From Escherichia coli 042 (GTDB taxonomy: Bacteria > Pseudomonadota > Gammaproteobacteria > Enterobacterales > Enterobacteriaceae), in the NCBI RefSeq assembly GCF_000027125.1, contig NC_017626.1: a stretch of 64,000 nucleotides of DNA, one strand, 5' to 3'. Under the pieces are notes generated by a model. The model saw only the letters and a program-made list of their open reading frames with translations. It searched no databases and was not told the origin of the DNA. Below are positions 55,558-64,000 of the stretch, in pieces (positions within the stretch are counted from its first letter, which is position 1; each line of letters opens with the position of its first letter). The position numbers and the translations under genes are program-made.

Positions 55558-56925
55558 ATGATTAGCGTATTCGATATTTTCAAAATCGGCATTGGCCCTT
55601 CCAGTTCTCATACCGTTGGACCAATGAAAGCGGGTAAACAATTTACCGACGATCTGATTGCCCGTAATCTGCTTAAAGACGTGACCCGCGTGGTGGTTGA
55701 CGTGTACGGCTCGCTCTCTCTGACCGGTAAAGGCCACCACACTGATATCGCCATTATTATGGGCCTGGCGGGTAACCTGCCGGATACCGTGGATATCGAT
55801 TCCATCCCTGGTTTTATTCAGGATGTGAATACTCATGGTCGCCTGATGCTGGCAAATGGTCAGCATGAAGTGGAGTTCCCGGTTGATCAGTGCATGAACT
55901 TCCATGCCGACAACCTTTCTCTGCATGAAAACGGTATGCGCATTACCGCACTGGCGGGCGATAAAATCGTTTACAGCCAGACTTACTACTCTATCGGCGG
56001 TGGCTTTATCGTTGATGAAGAACATTTTGGCCAGCAGGATAGCGCACCGGTTGAAGTTCCTTATCCGTACAGTTCAGCAGCCGATCTGCAAAAACATTGT
56101 CAGGAAACCGGGCTGTCACTCTCTGGCCTGATGATGAAAAACGAGCTGGCGCTGCACAGCAAAGAAGAGCTGGAACAGCACCTGGCGAACGTCTGGGAAG
56201 TCATGCGTGGCGGTATTGAGCGCGGTATTTCCACCGAAGGCGTGTTGCCTGGCAAACTGCGCGTTCCACGCCGTGCTGCGGCACTACGCCGGATGCTGGT
56301 CAGCCAGGATAAAACCACCACTGACCCGATGGCGGTTGTTGACTGGATCAACATGTTTGCACTGGCAGTGAACGAGGAGAACGCTGCTGGCGGTCGCGTG
56401 GTGACTGCGCCGACTAACGGTGCGTGCGGGATTATCCCGGCTGTGCTGGCGTACTACGATAAGTTTATCCGCGAAGTGAACGCTAACTCACTGGCTCGTT
56501 ACCTGCTGGTAGCCAGCGCCATTGGTTCTCTTTATAAGATGAACGCGTCGATTTCTGGTGCCGAAGTGGGTTGCCAGGGTGAAGTTGGCGTGGCGTGCTC
56601 AATGGCGGCGGCTGGTCTGGCAGAACTGTTAGGCGCAAGCCCGGCGCAGGTGTGCATCGCGGCGGAAATAGCCATGGAGCATAACCTCGGTCTGACGTGT
56701 GACCCGGTTGCTGGACAGGTGCAGGTACCGTGCATCGAGCGTAACGCCATTGCGGCAGTAAAAGCGGTGAACGCCGCGCGTATGGCGCTGCGCCGTACCA
56801 GCGAGCCGCGCGTCTGCCTCGATAAAGTTATCGAGACCATGTACGAAACAGGTAAAGATATGAACGCCAAGTACCGCGAAACCTCTCGCGGCGGCCTGGC
56901 AATGAAGATCGTTGCCTGCGATTAA
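55558..56925 (+). CDS. sdaB: L-serine dehydratase 2
   Basis: 455 aa, MISVFDIFKIGIGPSSSHTVGPMKAG... Confidence 0.95.
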   Translation: MISVFDIFKIGIGPSSSHTVGPMKAGKQFTDDLIARNLLKDVTRVVVDVYGSLSLTGKGHHTDIAIIMGLAGNLPDTVDIDSIPGFIQDVNTHGRLMLANGQHEVEFPVDQCMNFHADNLSLHENGMRITALAGDKIVYSQTYYSIGGGFIVDEEHFGQQDSAPVEVPYPYSSAADLQKHCQETGLSLSGLMMKNELALHSKEELEQHLANVWEVMRGGIERGISTEGVLPGKLRVPRRAAALRRMLVSQDKTTTDPMAVVDWINMFALAVNEENAAGGRVVTAPTNGACGIIPAVLAYYDKFIREVNANSLARYLLVASAIGSLYKMNASISGAEVGCQGEVGVACSMAAAGLAELLGASPAQVCIAAEIAMEHNLGLTCDPVAGQVQVPCIERNAIAAVKAVNAARMALRRTSEPRVCLDKVIETMYETGKDMNAKYRETSRGGLAMKIVACD

Positions 56926-57792
<867 letters not shown>

Positions 57793-57845
57793 CGGCGTGC
57801 CGGATGCAAACGATTATCAACACATTGAATTTAATGAACTTATAC

Positions 57846-57879
57846 GCCGGATAAGACGCAGCTAGCGTCGCATCCGGCA
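57846..57879. repeat. REP element between xni and fucO
   Basis: CGCCGGATAAGACGCAGCTAGCGTCGCATCCGGCA. Confidence 0.7.
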
Positions 57880-57896
57880 TTATCACATCAGCGCAT

Positions 57897-59048
57897 TTAC
57901 CAGGCGGTATGGTAAAGCTCTACAATATCCTCAAGCGTTGCTTCGCGCGGGTTGCCACCGGTACAAACGTCATCAAGCGCCGCCTGCGCCAGTGCCGGAA
58001 TGTCTTCCTTGCGTACACCAACGTCACGCAAATGTGGCGGAATACCGACATCACGGTTGAGAGCAAACACCGCTTCAACAGCGGCATTACGCGCCTCTTC
58101 CAGGCTCATACCTTCCACTTTCACGCCCATAACGCGCGCGATATCGCGGTACTTCTCACCGGTAAAGTCAGCGTTATAGCGCATGACATGCGGTAACAGG
58201 ATGGCGTTCGCAACACCGTGTGGAGTGTTATAAAACGCGCCCAGTGGATGCGCCATACCATGCACCAACCCTAACCCAACATTCGAGAAGCCCATACCCG
58301 CAACATACTGCCCGAGCGCCATTTCTTCTCCGGCATCCTTATCACCAGCAACCGATCCTCGCAGCGCCCCAGCAATGATTTCAATCGCTTTAATGTGCAG
58401 TGCATCGGTTAGCGCCCACGCGCCACGGGTAATATACCCCTCAATAGCATGAGTGAGCGCATCGACACCCGTCGCAGCTTTCAGCGCTGGAGGCATACCA
58501 TCCATCATGTCAGCGTCAATAAACGCCACCTGCGGGATATCATGCGGATCAACGCAAACAAACTTGCGCCGTTTCTCTTCGTCAGTGATCACGTAGTTAA
58601 TGGTCACTTCTGCCGCAGTGCCTGCTGTGGTGGGGATTGCCAGAATCGGTACACTGGGTTTATTGGTCGGGGAAAGTCCTTCCAGGCTACGCACATCGGC
58701 AAACTCCGGGTTGTTGCTGATAATGCCAATCGCTTTGCACGTATCCTGTGGAGAACCACCACCAATAGCGATCAGGTAATCCGCGCCGCTATTCTGGAAT
58801 ACACCGAGCCCTTCTTTGACGACAGTAATTGTTGGGTTGGGCACTACGCCGTCGTAAATCGCCCATGCCAGCCTTGCAGCATCCATCTTATCGGTCACTT
58901 TTGCCACCACGCCGCATTGCACCAGCGTTTTATCGGTGACGATCAGCGCCTTCTGATAACCACGGCGTTTCACCTCATCGATTAAAGCTCCAACAGCACC
59001 CCGACCAAACCATGCCGTTTCGTTCAGAATCATTCTGTTAGCCATCAT
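57897..59048 (-). CDS. fucO: L-1,2-propanediol oxidoreductase (lactaldehyde reductase)
   Basis: 383 aa (start may be the second Met); iron-containing alcohol dehydrogenase family. Confidence 0.95.
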   Translation of the reverse strand: MMANRMILNETAWFGRGAVGALIDEVKRRGYQKALIVTDKTLVQCGVVAKVTDKMDAARLAWAIYDGVVPNPTITVVKEGLGVFQNSGADYLIAIGGGSPQDTCKAIGIISNNPEFADVRSLEGLSPTNKPSVPILAIPTTAGTAAEVTINYVITDEEKRRKFVCVDPHDIPQVAFIDADMMDGMPPALKAATGVDALTHAIEGYITRGAWALTDALHIKAIEIIAGALRGSVAGDKDAGEEMALGQYVAGMGFSNVGLGLVHGMAHPLGAFYNTPHGVANAILLPHVMRYNADFTGEKYRDIARVMGVKVEGMSLEEARNAAVEAVFALNRDVGIPPHLRDVGVRKEDIPALAQAALDDVCTGGNPREATLEDIVELYHTAW

Positions 59049-59072
59049 CCTTCTCCTTGTTGCTTTACGAAA

Positions 59073-59720
59073 TTACTCTTCAATCCGTAACCCGTAGGTT
59101 TTGAATTTCTCCAGCACTACGGCAATCTCTTCATCGCTCAGCACTGGCACCGGGTCCGTAATCGCCAGGGTCGTCAGGTAAAGTTGCGCCAGCACTTCAA
59201 CTTCATGCGCCAGCCATAACGCTTTTTCCAGATTCACCTCACAAGCGATAAGCCCATGATGTTGTAACAAAGTTGCCTTACGATTTTTGAGAGCCAGCGC
59301 AACATGTTCAGAAAGTTCGCGTGTTCCAAAGGTCGCATAAGGCGCGCAAGGAATAGAATTACCGCCAGCCGCCGCAATCATGTAGTGAATAGCGGGGATC
59401 GGTCGGTTAAGAATGGAAACTGCTGTGCAATGAACGGCATGATTGTGAACAACCGCGTTGGCATCCGGTCTGCTTTGATAGGCCGCCATATGGAAACGCC
59501 ATTCGCTTGAGGGGAGTTTTCCTTCCTCATGTTTACCGTTGCCATCAATAAAGACAATATGCGACTCCGTCAGTTTTTCATATGGAATACCTGTAGGCGT
59601 AATCAGCATCCCATCCTGATAACGTACACTGACGTTACCCGCTGTCCCCTGGTTCAGTCCCAGGCGGGTCATTTCCAGGCAAGTGTCAATAATCTGACGA
59701 GCAAGTTTATTTCGTTCCAT
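59073..59720 (-). CDS. fucA: L-fuculose-phosphate aldolase
   Basis: 215 aa, MERNKLARQIIDTCLEMTRLGLNQGTAGNVSVR... Confidence 0.95.
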   Translation of the reverse strand: MERNKLARQIIDTCLEMTRLGLNQGTAGNVSVRYQDGMLITPTGIPYEKLTESHIVFIDGNGKHEEGKLPSSEWRFHMAAYQSRPDANAVVHNHAVHCTAVSILNRPIPAIHYMIAAAGGNSIPCAPYATFGTRELSEHVALALKNRKATLLQHHGLIACEVNLEKALWLAHEVEVLAQLYLTTLAITDPVPVLSDEEIAVVLEKFKTYGLRIEE

Positions 59721-60266
59721 TAGCTACCTCTCTCTGATTCAAAACAGGGCAATAATGTTGTTCCTTTCACACTATTGAATTAGCCGTTTAATTACCCACC
59801 ATCTTCTTCCTGATTAACAAGAAAGAAATTCACAAGCTTATATTTTGTGACCTGGTTCAACTAATCACAGTAAATAACTGCAACTTCTCTTTTTATAATC
59901 CCATTAAAAATGACCGCTCTTAAAAATATTTATCAAAACGGTCATTTTTCCATTCCCTCTCGCCAGAAATGCCCGTTTTCGGCACAAACAATTAATACGG
60001 TCATCGGGTTTGTGTTTTTTATGATTTATTTTCTGAAACGGGCATGAAATTTCGATTATTAAAGTGATGGTAGTCACATAAAGTCACCTCCCAGCTAATA
60101 AGTGTGACCGCCGTCATATTACAGAGCGTTTTTTATTTGAAAATGAATCCATGAGTTCATTTCTGACAGGCAAATATTCACTGATATGAAGCCCGAACTC
60201 GCTGGTTTTGCACTTTTGAAAACATAACCGATTACGTGCTTAAGCTTCTGAACCTAAGAGGATGCT
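59721..60266. promoter_or_regulatory. divergent fucAO / fucPIK control region
   Basis: About 545-bp AT-rich intergenic segment between divergent operons; FucR/CRP control is established knowledge, no sites mapped by me. Confidence 0.5.
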
Positions 60267-61583
60267 ATGGGAAACACATCAATACAAACGCAGAGTTACC
60301 GTGCGGTAGATAAAGATGCAGGGCAAAGCAGAAGTTACATTATTCCATTCGCGCTGCTGTGCTCACTGTTTTTTCTTTGGGCGGTAGCCAATAACCTTAA
60401 CGACATTTTATTACCTCAATTCCAGCAGGCTTTTACGCTGACAAATTTCCAGGCTGGCCTGATCCAATCGGCCTTTTACTTTGGTTATTTCATTATCCCA
60501 ATCCCTGCCGGGATATTGATGAAAAAACTCAGTTATAAAGCAGGGATTATTACCGGATTATTTTTATATGCCTTGGGCGCTGCATTATTCTGGCCCGCTG
60601 CAGAAATAATGAACTACACCTTATTTTTAGTTGGCCTATTTATTATTGCAGCCGGATTAGGTTGTCTGGAAACTGCCGCAAACCCTTTTGTTACGGTATT
60701 AGGGCCGGAAAGCAGTGGTCACTTCCGCTTAAATCTTGCGCAAACATTTAACTCATTTGGCGCAATTATCGCGGTTGTCTTTGGGCAAAGTCTTATTTTG
60801 TCTAACGTGCCACATCAATCGCAAGACGTTCTCGATAAAATGTCTCCAGAGCAATTGAGTGCGTATAAACACAGCCTGGTATTATCGGTACAGACACCTT
60901 ATATGATCATCGTGGCTATCGTGTTACTGGTCGCCCTGCTGATCATGCTGACGAAATTCCCGGCATTGCAGAGTGATAATCACAGTGACGCCAAACAAGG
61001 ATCGTTCTCCGCATCGCTTTCTCGTCTGGCGCGTATTCGTCACTGGCGCTGGGCGGTATTAGCGCAATTCTGCTATGTCGGCGCACAAACGGCCTGCTGG
61101 AGCTATTTGATTCGCTACGCTGTAGAAGAAATTCCAGGTATGACTGCAGGCTTTGCCGCTAACTATTTAACCGGAACCATGGTGTGCTTCTTTATTGGTC
61201 GTTTCACCGGTACCTGGCTCATCAGTCGCTTCGCACCACACAAAGTCCTGGCCGCCTACGCATTAATCGCTATGGCACTGTGCCTGATCTCAGCCTTCGC
61301 TGGCGGTCATGTGGGCTTAATAGCCCTGACTTTATGCAGTGCCTTTATGTCGATTCAGTACCCAACAATCTTCTCGCTGGGCATTAAAAATCTCGGCCAG
61401 GACACCAAATACGGTTCGTCCTTCATCGTTATGACCATTATTGGCGGCGGTATTGTCACTCCGGTCATGGGGTTTGTCAGTGACGCAGCGGGCAACATCC
61501 CCACTGCCGAACTGATCCCGGCACTCTGCTTCGCAGTCATCTTTATCTTTGCCCGTTTCCGTTCTCAAACGGCAACTAACTGA
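60267..61583 (+). CDS. fucP: L-fucose:H+ symporter
   Basis: 438 aa MFS protein; position in fuc operon. Confidence 0.95.
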   Translation: MGNTSIQTQSYRAVDKDAGQSRSYIIPFALLCSLFFLWAVANNLNDILLPQFQQAFTLTNFQAGLIQSAFYFGYFIIPIPAGILMKKLSYKAGIITGLFLYALGAALFWPAAEIMNYTLFLVGLFIIAAGLGCLETAANPFVTVLGPESSGHFRLNLAQTFNSFGAIIAVVFGQSLILSNVPHQSQDVLDKMSPEQLSAYKHSLVLSVQTPYMIIVAIVLLVALLIMLTKFPALQSDNHSDAKQGSFSASLSRLARIRHWRWAVLAQFCYVGAQTACWSYLIRYAVEEIPGMTAGFAANYLTGTMVCFFIGRFTGTWLISRFAPHKVLAAYALIAMALCLISAFAGGHVGLIALTLCSAFMSIQYPTIFSLGIKNLGQDTKYGSSFIVMTIIGGGIVTPVMGFVSDAAGNIPTAELIPALCFAVIFIFARFRSQTATN

Positions 61584-61615
61584 ACATATTTTCCGAATAA
61601 AGTGAGGAATCAGTA

Positions 61616-63391
61616 ATGAAAAAAATCAGCTTACCGAAAATTGGTATCCGCCCGGTTATTGACGGTCGTCGCATGGGTGTTCGTGAGTCGCTTGAAGAAC
61701 AAACAATGAATATGGCGAAAGCCACGGCCGCACTGCTGACCGAGAAACTGCGCCATGCCTGCGGAGCTGCCGTCGAGTGTGTCATTTCCGATACCTGTAT
61801 CGCGGGTATGGCTGAAGCCGCTGCTTGCGAAGAAAAATTCAGCAGTCAGAATGTAGGCCTCACCATTACGGTAACGCCTTGCTGGTGCTATGGCAGTGAA
61901 ACCATCGACATGGATCCAACCCGCCCGAAAGCCATTTGGGGCTTTAACGGCACTGAACGTCCCGGCGCTGTTTACCTGGCAGCGGCTCTGGCAGCTCACA
62001 GCCAGAAAGGCATCCCGGCATTCTCCATTTACGGTCATGACGTTCAGGATGCCGATGACACATCGATTCCTGCTGATGTTGAAGAAAAACTGCTGCGCTT
62101 TGCCCGCGCCGGTTTGGCCGTCGCCAGCATGAAAGGTAAAAGCTATCTGTCGCTGGGCGGCGTTTCGATGGGTATCGCCGGTTCCATTGTTGATCACAAC
62201 TTCTTTGAATCCTGGCTGGGAATGAAAGTCCAGGCGGTGGATATGACCGAACTGCGTCGCCGTATCGATCAGAAGATTTACGACGAAGCCGAACTGGAAA
62301 TGGCGCTGGCCTGGGCTGATAAAAACTTCCGCTATGGCGAAGATGAAAATAACAAACAGTATCAACGCAATGCCGAGCAAAGCCGCGCAGTTCTGCGCGA
62401 AAGTTTACTGATGGCGATGTGTATCCGCGACATGATGCAAGGCAACAGCAAACTGACCGATATTGGTCGCGTGGAAGAATCACTTGGCTACAACGCCATC
62501 GCTGCGGGCTTCCAGGGACAACGTCACTGGACCGATCAATATCCCAATGGCGACACCGCCGAAGCGATCCTTAACAGTTCATTTGACTGGAATGGCGTGC
62601 GCGAACCCTTTGTCGTGGCGACCGAAAACGACAGTCTTAACGGCGTGGCAATGCTAATGGGCCACCAGCTCACTGGTACCGCTCAGGTATTTGCCGATGT
62701 GCGTACCTACTGGTCACCAGAAGCAATTGAGCGTGTAACGGGGCATAAACTGGACGGACTGGCAGAACACGGCATCATCCATTTGATCAACTCCGGTTCT
62801 GCTGCGCTGGACGGTTCCTGTAAACAACGCGACAGCGAAGGTAACCCGACGATGAAGCCGCACTGGGAAATCTCTCAGCAAGAGGCTGACGCTTGCCTCG
62901 CCGCTACCGAATGGTGCCCGGCGATCCACGAATACTTCCGTGGCGGCGGTTACTCTTCTCGCTTCCTTACCGAAGGCGGCGTCCCGTTCACTATGACTCG
63001 AGTCAACATCATCAAAGGCCTGGGACCGGTACTGCAAATCGCGGAAGGCTGGAGCGTGGAATTGCCGAAGGATGTGCATGACATCCTCAACAAACGCACC
63101 AACTCAACCTGGCCAACCACCTGGTTTGCACCGCGCCTCACCGGTAAAGGGCCGTTTACGGATGTGTACTCGGTAATGGCGAACTGGGGCGCTAACCACG
63201 GGGTTCTGACCATCGGCCACGTTGGCGCAGACTTTATCACTCTTGCCTCCATGCTGCGTATCCCGGTATGTATGCACAACGTTGAAGAGACCAAAGTGTA
63301 TCGTCCTTCTGCCTGGGCCGCGCACGGCATGGATATTGAAGGCCAGGATTACCGCGCTTGCCAGAACTACGGCCCGTTGTACAAGCGTTAA
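61616..63391 (+). CDS. fucI: L-fucose isomerase
   Basis: 591 aa, [32 protein letters not shown]... Confidence 0.97.
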   Translation: MKKISLPKIGIRPVIDGRRMGVRESLEEQTMNMAKATAALLTEKLRHACGAAVECVISDTCIAGMAEAAACEEKFSSQNVGLTITVTPCWCYGSETIDMDPTRPKAIWGFNGTERPGAVYLAAALAAHSQKGIPAFSIYGHDVQDADDTSIPADVEEKLLRFARAGLAVASMKGKSYLSLGGVSMGIAGSIVDHNFFESWLGMKVQAVDMTELRRRIDQKIYDEAELEMALAWADKNFRYGEDENNKQYQRNAEQSRAVLRESLLMAMCIRDMMQGNSKLTDIGRVEESLGYNAIAAGFQGQRHWTDQYPNGDTAEAILNSSFDWNGVREPFVVATENDSLNGVAMLMGHQLTGTAQVFADVRTYWSPEAIERVTGHKLDGLAEHGIIHLINSGSAALDGSCKQRDSEGNPTMKPHWEISQQEADACLAATEWCPAIHEYFRGGGYSSRFLTEGGVPFTMTRVNIIKGLGPVLQIAEGWSVELPKDVHDILNKRTNSTWPTTWFAPRLTGKGPFTDVYSVMANWGANHGVLTIGHVGADFITLASMLRIPVCMHNVEETKVYRPSAWAAHGMDIEGQDYRACQNYGPLYKR

Positions 63392-63499
63392 TACATTACT
63401 CCCTGATGTGATGCCCGGTCGCTCCGGCTACCGGGCCTGAACAAGCAAGAGTGGTTAGCCGGATAAACAATGTTATCCGGCTATATTGCAGGAGCGATT

Positions 63500-64000
63500 A
63501 TGAAACAAGAAGTTATCCTGGTACTCGACTGTGGCGCGACCAATGTCAGGGCCATCGCGGTTAATCGGCAGGGAAAAATTGTTGCCCGCGCCTCAACGCC
63601 TAATGCCAGCGATATCGCGATGGAAAACAACACCTGGCACCAGTGGTCTTTAGACGCCATTTTGCAACGCTTTGCTGATTGCTGTCGGCAAATCAATAGT
63701 GAACTGACTGATTGCCACATCCGCGGTATCGCCGTCACCACCTTTGGTGTGGATGGCGCTCTGGTAGATAAGCAAGGCAATCTGCTCTATCCGATCATTA
63801 GCTGGAAATGTCCGCGAACAGCAGCGGTAATGGACAATATTGAACGGTTGATCTCCGCACAGCAGTTGCAGGCTGTTTCTGGCGTCGGAGCCTTTAGTTT
63901 CAATACGTTATATAAGTTGGTGTGGTTGAAAGAAAATCATCCACAACTGCTGGAACGCGCGCACGCCTGGCTCTTTATTTCGTCGCTGATTAACCACCGT
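63500..64000 (+). CDS. fucK: L-fuculokinase, 5' portion (truncated by window end)
   Basis: ATG at about 63500 after GGAGCG; translation [33 protein letters not shown]... (FGGY kinase N-terminus). Confidence 0.88.
   Translation, partial: MKQEVILVLDCGATNVRAIAVNRQGKIVARASTPNASDIAMENNTWHQWSLDAILQRFADCCRQINSELTDCHIRGIAVTTFGVDGALVDKQGNLLYPIISWKCPRTAAVMDNIERLISAQQLQAVSGVGAFSFNTLYKLVWLKENHPQLLERAHAWLFISSLINHR

Noticed and set aside
54184-56025. 613-aa minus-strand ORF
   Set aside because: Antisense to sdaC and sdaB, both confidently identified on the + strand; the composition is Arg/His-rich, typical of an antisense frame.
61631-62483. 249-aa and 179-aa minus-strand ORFs
   Set aside because: Antisense to fucI.
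63392-63499. Inverted repeats AGCCGGATAAC-AAT-GTTATCCGGCT and GCCCGG...CCGGGC between fucI and fucK
   Set aside because: Probably intercistronic mRNA stem-loops within the fucPIK operon; no T-tract and no sign of a mobile element, so not listed as a feature.

Overview
The window reads as a contiguous Escherichia coli-type chromosomal segment running cysD-iap / CRISPR-Cas type I-E / cysHIJ / queD / ygcN-ygcE cluster / CRISPR2.2-2.3 / queE / LemA-TPM cluster / eno-pyrG / mazG-relA / rlmD / barA / gudDXP / yqcA-truC-yqcC / csrB / syd / queF / ppnN / sdaCB / xni / fucAO-fucPIK. Gene calls rest on my own reading of the six-frame translations against remembered protein families; no database search was run. 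Coordinates of non-ORF features were counted by hand and may be off by 1-2 bp. Most of the window is conserved housekeeping content. The parts that look accessory or under-described are: (1) a four-gene LemA + three TPM-domain paralog cluster between queE and eno, each TPM protein ending in a Gly/Ser-rich tail that terminates in SGRW; (2) an unannotated 50-aa Hok/Gef-family type I toxin ORF between cas3 and cysH; (3) a complete type I-E cas operon whose proteins diverge from the K-12 versions as I recall them, with repeats that differ by one base between the cas-adjacent array and the distal array; (4) relA directly abutting mazG with no room for mazEF; (5) the uncharacterised ygcN-ygcE catabolic/electron-transfer island; (6) a repeat-dense segment between yqcA and gudP. 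The LemA-TPM cluster is my best candidate for the undescribed system, but both families are known and only their function here is open.
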